Of a DNA stretch of 54,618 nucleotides, positions 25,290-33,840 are shown in pieces. Numbering within the stretch: position 1 is the stretch's first letter; every line of letters begins with the position of its first letter. Under the pieces are notes generated by a model. That model searched no databases. It saw nothing but the letters and a program-made list of their open reading frames with translations, and was not told the DNA's origin. This DNA comes from a virus (lineage: Duplodnaviria; Caudoviricetes). The stretch is from positions 1 through 54,618 of the IMG/VR virus record IMGVR_UViG_3300025759_000009; one strand, given 5' to 3'. The translations under genes were made by a program, and so were the position numbers.

Positions 25290-27263
25290 TTATTGTGCGC
25301 CTTGGTAGGTAGCATACATGCCTACACCTTGAAGGAATGGGTTAGGAGACTGTGACGGTTGCTGCGTATAAGCTCCGTACATTGAGGCAGATGGAGCGCC
25401 AGTCAGGAAGTTCTGAGCGTAGCTATAAGGCGCAAGAACCTCTTGAGTGTATCCAAGCTGGTTCTGACGCTTGAACTCTTCAGCTTGCTGATCGTACTCA
25501 CGCTGTTTGCCACCAATGCCGTACATGTAGCTAAGGTCAGCGGGAGCCATGCCAGCGTAGGCAGTACCAATGTCAGCGGAAGTTCCAGCCAACGCGCCGT
25601 AGCCCTTACCGATATTAGCCTCTGCCGTACCGAGATTGCCAACTGCCGATCCCAAACCACCAGTCAAACGGCCTGCTTCAAGGTTGCGTTTGTTTTCGTC
25701 TTCTTCCGCACGAGCTTCTGCTTCTGCACTAGATAGCCCCATGCTGCGATACATATCAGCGGCTTTCAGCATACGGTTTTCAGCGTCTTGGAACGCACCC
25801 ACTTCAGCAGAAAGCTGTGATCCAGCCAAAGAGCCAAGTGCTGTACCAGCGGTTTGTTGCCGCTTTTCGCCAGACTCAAATGCGCTTTGACGGGCGTTCT
25901 CAACTGCCTGAGCAATTGAAGTTTCAAGCTGCGCACCTGTAAGGCCACGCGCTTTGCCATCTTCAAAGGCTTTTTGTCTTGCGCTGTTGATCATTTGTTC
26001 GGCATTCATAGTGCGTGATGCACCTGACTCGAATGCTTTCTGACGAAGCTGCTCTTCTGTCTGTGACAGGCCAGCAGACGTTCCAGCCGCAGCCAATCCA
26101 CGGCTTGCCGCATCTTCAAACGCCTTTTGCTCAATAGTTGTGCCACGAGCGCCTAGCTCTCCTGTGAGGCCAGATGCTTGTAGCGCACGTTTGCGAGCGG
26201 CTTCATCTGTTGCCATCGCACTTGCCAACGCTTTGTCATATCCTTGCGACATCAAGTTAGCTATTGTGTTTTGCTTTGTTTCTTCGATAGCGCGTTCTGT
26301 TTCAGCAGCTTGTACGCCTGCACGAGAGCCACCAAATGCGCCTGCGCTTATTGCTTTTGCTGCGTCACCTTGACGACGCTTTGCGCCCTCACGGTTGATT
26401 CTATCCATTGCCGCATCAACGACTTGAGCCTTGTAAGGGTCCATGAATGCTTGCGTTGCGGATGATGGGTCAAATGATCCAAGCCCCTGCTCTGCGAGTT
26501 CAAATGCACGACCTGTTCCACGCTCAAATGCTTCACGCGCTCCAAATTCACCTTCGCCAGCTTTTTTCAGGGCGTCACGAGCTTCGCCTAAACCACCGCT
26601 AAGTTGATAGTCACCTGTGCCTTTACGGAGATTTGCCTCATCAACACCAAACGTCCCTTGCGCACCCGTGATGCCTGATCGTGCTGTATCATAAGCATTT
26701 TTATCCACGCCGAACACATCACGCCCGCCTTCGATAGATAAGCGAGCATCGCCGTATAGATCATCGGCTCTTGTCTTGGCGTCGAATGCTTGGGTTCCTG
26801 CGTCTGCCTTGGTTCTCGCGCTTGTAAGCGCAGTGTCGTATATGCTTTTTGCGTCTACACTGCCCGTGCCAGCATCAATGTAAGTCTGGGCATCTGGAAA
26901 GTAATCAGTAAGGGCATCCGCAATGGTGGTTGCACCAGTTTTGAACTGATCAGCGGCATCTGGAAGATAACGAGCTTTGCCCTCTGCATCCATGAAGTAT
27001 GGGTTGGCGCGATCCATAAACGCTTGACGCTCTTCAGGAGTGTCAAATGTTTCGTAAACAGCACTTTGAAGCGGGTCTTCACTAGCTTGAACGTAATCAG
27101 GAACTTTGAATAAGTCTGGATACGCTTCCGCATCCATAATACCGCCCTGAAGAACGCCGTCCTCGTCTGGTACACCAAATATCTGAGACAGCAACGCCTC
27201 ATCGTATTCTTGCATGTACGCAGGGAGTTGGCGTATGGCTATACTTGTGGTTGGGTCGCTCAT
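25290..27263 (-). CDS. Internal virion (DNA transfer/ejection) protein
   Basis: FMDPY...V, AGAFGGSR.GV..AE and L.SQGY..A motifs recalled from podovirus DNA-transfer proteins; Ala/Gln-rich. Confidence 0.75.
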   Translation of the reverse strand: MSDPTTSIAIRQLPAYMQEYDEALLSQIFGVPDEDGVLQGGIMDAEAYPDLFKVPDYVQASEDPLQSAVYETFDTPEERQAFMDRANPYFMDAEGKARYLPDAADQFKTGATTIADALTDYFPDAQTYIDAGTGSVDAKSIYDTALTSARTKADAGTQAFDAKTRADDLYGDARLSIEGGRDVFGVDKNAYDTARSGITGAQGTFGVDEANLRKGTGDYQLSGGLGEARDALKKAGEGEFGAREAFERGTGRAFELAEQGLGSFDPSSATQAFMDPYKAQVVDAAMDRINREGAKRRQGDAAKAISAGAFGGSRAGVQAAETERAIEETKQNTIANLMSQGYDKALASAMATDEAARKRALQASGLTGELGARGTTIEQKAFEDAASRGLAAAGTSAGLSQTEEQLRQKAFESGASRTMNAEQMINSARQKAFEDGKARGLTGAQLETSIAQAVENARQSAFESGEKRQQTAGTALGSLAGSQLSAEVGAFQDAENRMLKAADMYRSMGLSSAEAEARAEEDENKRNLEAGRLTGGLGSAVGNLGTAEANIGKGYGALAGTSADIGTAYAGMAPADLSYMYGIGGKQREYDQQAEEFKRQNQLGYTQEVLAPYSYAQNFLTGAPSASMYGAYTQQPSQSPNPFLQGVGMYATYQGAQ

Positions 27264-28273
27264 TACGCTTTCCTCTCTAGTCGGTCCATCATGCCGTACA
27301 TTTTGTTGATACCGCTATTTAAGTTGCCGTTTCCAGCACCTTTTACCGCATCGCGGGTCATTACAAACTCTCCAGCGGTTAGCATCGCTGGGACATCATC
27401 TTTTGTCCCAGAACCCTCGCTTGGCATAATGCCACCGTTTCTGCGAGGGAAGTATGCCACTCCACCGTCAGCGTATTGTGGAACACGACGATCAGGAAGT
27501 GGACGTGGCTTTAAGCTAATTGGCCCTTCTCCAGCGCCACGCTCGAAACGCGCTCTGTTGCCATACGGATCAGGGTCCACATCTTCGCTGAACAGACTGT
27601 CTAATAGCTGAGAGCCAAGCCCCATTGCTATAGATTCACCAAACTTTGTGTTTAGCATTTTACCTATAACGCTATCAGGGTTAGTGCCAAAAAACTCACC
27701 AATGCCCATAAGACCTTCAGCGCGCTTAGGACCTGCTGCATCTTTTAGATTATTGGCGATTATTTGTTCTGCCGCTTTGCTTCCTTCTTTACCGCCAAAA
27801 GCGGTTAAGGGATTAGAACCACCTGTTAACTGGTTCACAACTCCGGGGTCAGCATCCATCATGCTATCTAAAAACGGAATTCCAGTTCCACGGCCTGACA
27901 TAGCTCCAAGTCCACCACCTACAGCAGCACCAAGAAGCGCGTCACGCAATGACACGTCTTTGCCCTGCAACTTACGCAGAGCGGCATTACCAATGGCCCC
28001 TTGAACCGCAGGGTTAGAAGCGGCTTTGGTCAAGAATGGAATTAATTTATCAAGAAAAAACTCAGGCTTTCCAGTCATAGGATTTATGCTGTTTTGACCT
28101 GACCCAACGACATAACGCCGAGGGTCAGCGCCTACATCTTGAAACGCACGACCAAGGCCGCGAGCCACTTGAGGGTTTCTCTGCAATACTTCGCGAGGAA
28201 CAACTGTCTCACCGGGGGTGAGGTGCGCCATCGCCGTGTCGCCGTTTCTCCCGTAGCGTTCCATGTTTTGCAT
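27263..28273 (-). CDS. Internal virion protein with YADGG...GSGTKDDVPAMLTAGEFV motif
   Basis: GR.GDT..AHLTPGE.V, NSINP.TG.PEFF, and the C-terminal GTxDDVPAML..GEFV motif. Confidence 0.8.
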   Translation of the reverse strand: MQNMERYGRNGDTAMAHLTPGETVVPREVLQRNPQVARGLGRAFQDVGADPRRYVVGSGQNSINPMTGKPEFFLDKLIPFLTKAASNPAVQGAIGNAALRKLQGKDVSLRDALLGAAVGGGLGAMSGRGTGIPFLDSMMDADPGVVNQLTGGSNPLTAFGGKEGSKAAEQIIANNLKDAAGPKRAEGLMGIGEFFGTNPDSVIGKMLNTKFGESIAMGLGSQLLDSLFSEDVDPDPYGNRARFERGAGEGPISLKPRPLPDRRVPQYADGGVAYFPRRNGGIMPSEGSGTKDDVPAMLTAGEFVMTRDAVKGAGNGNLNSGINKMYGMMDRLERKA

Positions 28274-28326
28274 TGTGCTAACCTCGTCGTTACTTATCTA
28301 AAACTACCAAATATTCCTGAAAAATA

Positions 28327-28557
28327 CTAGAGTGTTGATCCAGAAATTGCTTCAGGCATCGTAACCTGAACATTTGTACTTCTTTTTTCTGATCCTGTCC
28401 AATTTTGACCGCAATTTGGGCAGTTTCCTTCTGGATAGGATGCTATTTCTTCTGGCGTATCTACCGCATTTTCGCAGTTTGCGCAATGAACCGTGTCCAC
28501 GCTACCAGATGGACGCCATGTAGAGCCGTTAGACATTGTAATAATTGTATCATTCAT
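28327..28557 (-). CDS. Small zinc-binding protein
   Basis: CANC...CPNC. Confidence 0.7.
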   Translation of the reverse strand: MNDTIITMSNGSTWRPSGSVDTVHCANCENAVDTPEEIASYPEGNCPNCGQNWTGSEKRSTNVQVTMPEAISGSTL

Positions 28558-28850
28558 GAGATTGTCACCGTCACTGTTCCTACTGTTCCTGTTGCTTGAG
28601 AGCCTCTGACATACGGAGAATAAGCCAAAGGCACACGAAGTTGCCCATTATGCTCAAACACCGCGCCAGCTTCCAAACCGCTGTCGTCTGTTTGCAAGTT
28701 TGTAAATACTGTAAACGTGTTACGCCCTTCGCCGGGGTTTTGCATGTTCTGCAAGTACGTTGAGTAAGACCGCAGAACCTCCGCAAAATACTCTTGGTTG
28801 TAAACATCAGGAGGTATGGGGAAGTATGGGAGGTTTAGATTCCTCGACAT
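28554..28850 (-). CDS. Putative tail needle/plug-associated protein
   Basis: Immediately after the nozzle gene; C-terminal QATGTVGTVTV shared with other tail proteins. Confidence 0.6.
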   Translation of the reverse strand: MSRNLNLPYFPIPPDVYNQEYFAEVLRSYSTYLQNMQNPGEGRNTFTVFTNLQTDDSGLEAGAVFEHNGQLRVPLAYSPYVRGSQATGTVGTVTVTIS

Positions 28851-30973
28851 TAACGTCTCCCGTCAGGTCTGATTTCCACTCTTGGAGAACCAAGCCTCCA
28901 GCCAACACCCGTGTCATCTGTTTCGATTCTAAACGCAAACGATCTACCTCTAAGCCGAACAAATATCTGTTCTGTAAATTGCTCAACCGGGACAGATGCA
29001 GTTTTTGCAACCGAACCATTGTTCGTGTTAGTGTAATTACCACCGGGGAAGTTACGCACCTTGAGAGTCATAACGGCGCTAGGTGTAGGGTTGGACGAAT
29101 TTCGGAACGTCATGTCTGGGATCATCCGCCTCATAAAGACAAATTGTTCGCCTTCGCCCAAGTCCATCTGGCTACTTTCGATATACGATGTTATCGCTGT
29201 CGCAGGTGAAGTGCTGCCGTCATCAAAGCCGATTTCCTGCAAGTAAAGATAGTGATCAGAACCAGCAGCAATTGGGTCAGAATTAACACCACGATCCAGC
29301 CAAACTGTACGGTTTAGCGTTCCATAGTACCATATTTTTTGATCGTAGTTGTACGTTACATAACTGTCGTTTTCGTTGCTAGAAGCAGACGGATAGAACC
29401 ATGTGACTTCAGAAAATGCAGTGTTTGTTGACGCAGTAACTTTTTGCAACTGATCGTTGTTGATGTTGGAAAAGACGTAATCGCGTACTGAACAGGGCAA
29501 ACGCTGAACTGCACCACCGTAGACGTAGAACTCTTCAGCACCCATCCAGAACACATTATCCTCAACAGCGATAGCCGAAAGCGGTCCAGCTATTGTAAGG
29601 TTTGTAGAAATTTCATTAATACCGAAAGTAAACGGCGGCCCTAAATACTGCATCGCGTGTAGCGATACATCTGTAAATACAAGAACTTGTTGGCGTGTCT
29701 CAATCGCTGTAACGATTTCAGAACCGGAGCCAATACGCAAATCACCAGCAGTGTTTGTGACCGTAGACTGCCATTCCAATATGTTTTCTTGATCAGAAAA
29801 CCTAATCAACAAAGGGTCTTGAACTCCGGGTTCCAACTCTGAATCACACCCAAAGGCAATAACATGACGATCTCGGTCTGAAACCAAGACCTGCTTTGCA
29901 ATCGTTGGAACCTTGTTAGCCCCTGCAATCGAAGCTAATTCTACGGCTCGACCCATTGGATTAACAGCTTTCGTGCTTTTATCCCAATAGTATATATCTG
30001 CATTTCGCACGTTGATGATTAAATCCTCACCAAAATTGTCATGCGACCAAATACGAAGCGTTTGACCAGATGCAGACAAAGACGTACTGGAACCCCAAGC
30101 GCCACGGCTCCAAACCCCCGCACCCCAGCCATTACCAGATATTGTTGTATCAAGACCTGTATTGATTTGGTAAGTTCCAACAACAGAAGACCCTCCGTTT
30201 CCTAAATCAGTTGCTGTGGCAAAAACATAGATTGGGCTTAGTCCCGTTGTTGTCGTAATGCTAGGTATTGTAGAAACCTCACGAACCTCGACTTGGTAAC
30301 TATCATCACTAATAATTGAAGTTATTTGATATTCTTGATTCAAAACATTAGCTGCAACTGCGTCACCCAATGTTACAGCACCAGAAAATGTCACGAAGTC
30401 GTTGTCTAAGGCCCCATGGTCTGTGTCAAAAACAATTATTGTTGCGCAATCAACCGCATCTCCAGACGTATGCGCAGCAGGTGTTGTCCCGTTTTGTCCG
30501 CGAACACATCCTGTCAAATCATTTCCTGAAACAGAAGCATAAGTAATAATTTCACTGTTAATCTTAATGCGACCAGACTCGGGAAAGCCTGATGCAGACG
30601 ATAGCGTTATCGTTGAATCAATTATTTCTACGTTTGCACTCAAGGTGTTTGCACTTGCAGAAAATGTTACATCTCCCGCTGCTGTGGTAGATCGAATAGG
30701 TGTAATGTCGCTATATCCACCACCTTCATTGATATAATACTTGAGATGCGTTCCAACACCTAAATAGTTTGATCCATCGAGCGCGATCCAAGGATGCAAT
30801 GCCCGACAAGTCCCTAAAAAAGCGTTGCTGGATTGCTTGATCCAACCGCCAATCTTTTCAGGGTAGCCAAAGCGAAACCTCACTTTGTCCATGTCAAACC
30901 AACCACCTTCATTGCTATATGAGGTAGTTTCGCGGTTGATACCGGGGCGGAATTGAAGTTTCTGTAACGGCAT
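28850..30973 (-). CDS. Tail nozzle / packaged-DNA stabilization protein (P22 gp10 / tail tubular B-like)
   Basis: MPLQKLQFRPGI...GWFD.DKVRFR.G.PEKIGGW start; beta-rich; C-terminal R.RGR...WRLG..R....PDGRR. Confidence 0.8.
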   Translation of the reverse strand: MPLQKLQFRPGINRETTSYSNEGGWFDMDKVRFRFGYPEKIGGWIKQSSNAFLGTCRALHPWIALDGSNYLGVGTHLKYYINEGGGYSDITPIRSTTAAGDVTFSASANTLSANVEIIDSTITLSSASGFPESGRIKINSEIITYASVSGNDLTGCVRGQNGTTPAAHTSGDAVDCATIIVFDTDHGALDNDFVTFSGAVTLGDAVAANVLNQEYQITSIISDDSYQVEVREVSTIPSITTTTGLSPIYVFATATDLGNGGSSVVGTYQINTGLDTTISGNGWGAGVWSRGAWGSSTSLSASGQTLRIWSHDNFGEDLIINVRNADIYYWDKSTKAVNPMGRAVELASIAGANKVPTIAKQVLVSDRDRHVIAFGCDSELEPGVQDPLLIRFSDQENILEWQSTVTNTAGDLRIGSGSEIVTAIETRQQVLVFTDVSLHAMQYLGPPFTFGINEISTNLTIAGPLSAIAVEDNVFWMGAEEFYVYGGAVQRLPCSVRDYVFSNINNDQLQKVTASTNTAFSEVTWFYPSASSNENDSYVTYNYDQKIWYYGTLNRTVWLDRGVNSDPIAAGSDHYLYLQEIGFDDGSTSPATAITSYIESSQMDLGEGEQFVFMRRMIPDMTFRNSSNPTPSAVMTLKVRNFPGGNYTNTNNGSVAKTASVPVEQFTEQIFVRLRGRSFAFRIETDDTGVGWRLGSPRVEIRPDGRR

Positions 30974-31030
30974 CAGCAATCTCCTATTAAGGCGATTATA
31001 CACAAAAGTTAAATTTACACCAGTGTTCGG

Positions 31031-31486
31031 TTAGTCGATTAGTTCAAAGTGTGGGCCGTCGATAAATGGGGATTTTCCTTGGCTGCGGCGCAAGTCAACG
31101 TAGGCATTGTACGCTTCTTCCATTGTTCCATCCCACTCTCGAATGTCGTTGATATGCCAAGAAGCGCCCCATCGCACAGCCACGCCCACGTCAATAGCTC
31201 CCTGCTTCACAGCATCCGCAATGTCAAAATACAACTTTATTTCCCACGATGCCCGAGAACCGACATAAGCCATGAGGTCGAGAGCGTTGCCGTCAATGTG
31301 CTTAGACTTCATAGTTTTTGACGCACCTTTGTTATAAAGCTCACGCTGCTCTTCAATGGTTCTTAGTCCACAAATTACACCAAAGTCGGTATTTGTGTGG
31401 CCTATAGCTGCTTTTGCAACGGCTACTAGCCGCTCGTCTACGCCTTCCATTCGGTCAAGACTGCGTTGTGATAGTTTGTATGTCAT
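31031..31486 (-). CDS. Endolysin, peptidase M15 (L-Ala-D-Glu peptidase-like)
   Basis: LSQRS..R.EGV..RL, GLRT.EEQ, SKH..G.A.D, WG..W, DGPHFEL. Confidence 0.9.
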   Translation of the reverse strand: MTYKLSQRSLDRMEGVDERLVAVAKAAIGHTNTDFGVICGLRTIEEQRELYNKGASKTMKSKHIDGNALDLMAYVGSRASWEIKLYFDIADAVKQGAIDVGVAVRWGASWHINDIREWDGTMEEAYNAYVDLRRSQGKSPFIDGPHFELID

Positions 31487-31487
31487 T

Positions 31488-31877
31488 TCATTTCCTCTTA
31501 AACAAAGCCTGCGCACCCCGAACGCCAAAGCTGGCGCTTATCGCGATACCTAAGCTGTAAAAATACCAGTCCGGCGCTTTGGAAAGTTGCTCAAACCCAC
31601 GATCTACCCACCCTTCTGCACCGGGAATGAAGGCTAAAATCAACGGGATTGACAGCACAATTACAAACCATTCGTCTTTCCAGCTTGATTTTGCGCCCTC
31701 GGCCATGATGCGCTCCCAGTCGGCAACGCTAGTCTTCTCAGAAAGAAGTATCTGTGCCTTGGCTTTAGCCTCGGTCAACTTTAACTCGGCAGCGGCAGCG
31801 TTTTTATCAGCTTTACCTTGCAGCCAAGAGCCCGCGAGGTTGGCTATCGGTCCTAGTGCGGCAGTGAATATACTCAT
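31488..31877 (-). CDS. Holin (3TM-type)
   Basis: SWKDEW...TM...PDWY...SASFGVR; adjacent to the endolysin. Confidence 0.75.
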   Translation of the reverse strand: MSIFTAALGPIANLAGSWLQGKADKNAAAAELKLTEAKAKAQILLSEKTSVADWERIMAEGAKSSWKDEWFVIVLSIPLILAFIPGAEGWVDRGFEQLSKAPDWYFYSLGIAISASFGVRGAQALFKRK

Positions 31878-32188
31878 TTTCTACCCATCCATGCTGTTGC
31901 GCCCATAAATGCACCGACGATTCCTGCGCCGCTAATATAAAAAAGGTTGCTTATGTCGCTAAGTGCCGTGACACGGTCCAAAGGTATAAAGAACATTGTA
32001 ACCGTAAAGACGCCCATGCCTATCAGTGTCCAACGGGCCATGCGCAGTTGAGCTAGGTGTTTGCGCAGCGCATCTTCAGTCTCTCTAATCTCTTTGGCCT
32101 TCATCATCTCCGCGTCAGAAACAATTCCATCGCCATCCATATCGTAAGCATCGTACTTACTTTGGTCTTCTAACTTTTTTGCCGCCAT
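31874..32188 (-). CDS. Membrane protein with EF-hand-like loop (lysis cassette)
   Basis: DMDGDGIVSDAE plus two TM segments. Confidence 0.7.
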   Translation of the reverse strand: MAAKKLEDQSKYDAYDMDGDGIVSDAEMMKAKEIRETEDALRKHLAQLRMARWTLIGMGVFTVTMFFIPLDRVTALSDISNLFYISGAGIVGAFMGATAWMGRK

Positions 32189-32283
32189 CTTCTATACTCC
32201 TTGCAGATGTCTCTGCTACTCTCTTGTTTGACGTTATTATAACGATATTTCCTGATTTGTCATATACAACGTACTTTCCATGT

Positions 32284-32448
32284 TTATTCTGGTATAACCT
32301 CAAAGCAATACACCACCGTGGTACTGTTTGTTATCAACACTTTAGCCCTCTCAAGCTCTTCTTGGCACTCCAACTCTGTTGGAAATTGCTCAAGCTGGTA
32401 ATGCTCTAACTTATTGTTTGTAAACATGAACCACACTAAGAACCACAT
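32284..32448 (-). CDS. Small hypothetical protein
   Basis: MWFLVWFMF...FPTELECQE...YCFEV; TAATG coupling. Confidence 0.6.
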   Translation of the reverse strand: MWFLVWFMFTNNKLEHYQLEQFPTELECQEELERAKVLITNSTTVVYCFEVIPE

Positions 32449-32921
32449 TACCACTTCCCCTGTTGTTTTCCGAGAAAGTACCCAACGACAACAAGACCCG
32501 CTATTCCAGATAAACCAACTAGAATACCTACAGTCCACTCTATTAGGGCGCGTTTGAGTTCTGCCTTGCGGTAAACCTCTTCTTTACGCTGCTTTCGCAT
32601 CTGCGCCTCAATGTGCAGCACTTCCTCCCAAGCGGACGGTCCGTACTGAAAACTGATGAAGTTTTTGATTTCCTTGCGCATTTCGGACATCTTTTTCTTC
32701 TGCGCAAATATCTCAATGGCGCTGTGCGTGTCCGACCCCCTGAATGAATACCACGGAGGGTTCTTAACCTGCTCTTCGGCAAAGGAAAAATCGCTGTAAG
32801 CCTTGCCCCACTTACCAAGCTGCCCTGTAATATCTTGCAATTCACGGCCTACGGCAACGCCCTGCTTGATGGCGTTATAAGCAGATGTGGCGAGGCCAAC
32901 GGCTGTGATAGGATCAATCAT
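32448..32921 (-). CDS. Hypothetical membrane-anchored protein
   Basis: MIDPIT..., coiled coil, C-terminal TM. Confidence 0.8.
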   Translation of the reverse strand: MIDPITAVGLATSAYNAIKQGVAVGRELQDITGQLGKWGKAYSDFSFAEEQVKNPPWYSFRGSDTHSAIEIFAQKKKMSEMRKEIKNFISFQYGPSAWEEVLHIEAQMRKQRKEEVYRKAELKRALIEWTVGILVGLSGIAGLVVVGYFLGKQQGKW

Positions 32922-33100
32922 GTGTCCATGTACCTCTCAGGGCAGTAAGCGTCTGAATGGACAACGTGCCGTTTATCGTACCATTGACCGTTCTTTCCGC
33001 CCGGTGCACCACAGTCGTAGTAGCAAGCCTTATAAAACTTTGTGCCGTAGTTGTTTACGAAAGTGTGTCCGTACCCGACAAATACAAGAACACACCACAT
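32918..33100 (-). CDS. Small Cys-containing protein
   Basis: 60 aa, ATGA-coupled. Confidence 0.6.
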   Translation of the reverse strand: MWCVLVFVGYGHTFVNNYGTKFYKACYYDCGAPGGKNGQWYDKRHVVHSDAYCPERYMDT

Positions 33101-33101
33101 T

Positions 33102-33335
33102 TCACCGCTCCATCAAGCGGTCTATTTTCTCTTCAAGGCGGTCAAACTTATTCATAATTTGCGAGAGAACTTCAGAACTGTCAGACTTAGTGACGTATTC
33201 TTTAGCCATCTCTTCGCGGGTTCTGTTGAGCAGAATGGTGACGCGCTTTATCTCATCGTGCTGGGATTTAATCCACCACCCTAAACCGCTGATTACTGCG
33301 GCAAATACTAGGTTCAAAAGCGCGTCCATTTCCAT
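33102..33335 (-). CDS. Membrane protein with coiled coil
   Basis: N-terminal TM; FDRLEEKIDRL. Confidence 0.75.
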   Translation of the reverse strand: MEMDALLNLVFAAVISGLGWWIKSQHDEIKRVTILLNRTREEMAKEYVTKSDSSEVLSQIMNKFDRLEEKIDRLMER

Positions 33336-33568
33336 TAGTTTACAACTTCTGCTTCCTCGACTTCCTCTGGGTTCTCCAGAGATTCAGCCAAGAGTTCTAC
33401 GAACTTCTGACGCCCAATAGACAGTTGGTCCAAGTTGAACTGAGCGTTGCCCAGCTTGCGGTCCAAATCCTGAACGTGGTTGAGCAGAGCTTTCTGCTCA
33501 TCCGTAAAGTCGTTTACATCATACTCAACGTCATTGACTGTGATGGGGGTCTTTTCATTTTTTCCCAT
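33335..33568 (-). CDS. Small coiled-coil protein downstream of the tail fibre
   Basis: AGGAG SD; 77 aa. Confidence 0.75.
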   Translation of the reverse strand: MGKNEKTPITVNDVEYDVNDFTDEQKALLNHVQDLDRKLGNAQFNLDQLSIGRQKFVELLAESLENPEEVEEAEVVN

Positions 33569-33590
33569 GCTAGTCTCCTATGTTAAAGTT

Positions 33591-33812
33591 TTACGAGTTC
33601 GCTGCGATTGCAGCGTTTACCGCAGTCATATCTTCCGTTGTCCAGAAGTCTTTTGCAACCATTAGCTGTAGATGCTCTACGTTGCGTGACACAGTGTCAG
33701 TCCAATCGGCGTCTTCCATGTCCTCTGGTTGCCCAGCGTTTAGCAAGTCAACAGAGTGACCCATTGCTGTGTAGTGTTGTGCGATTTCTTCCGCAGTTGG
33801 TGTATCAGTCAT
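33591..33812 (-). CDS. Putative tail-fibre assembly/accessory protein
   Basis: AGGAG SD; directly after the fibre gene. Confidence 0.7.
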   Translation of the reverse strand: MTDTPTAEEIAQHYTAMGHSVDLLNAGQPEDMEDADWTDTVSRNVEHLQLMVAKDFWTTEDMTAVNAAIAANS

Positions 33813-33840
33813 GTCTTTCTCCTTTTCTGACTGGTTACGG

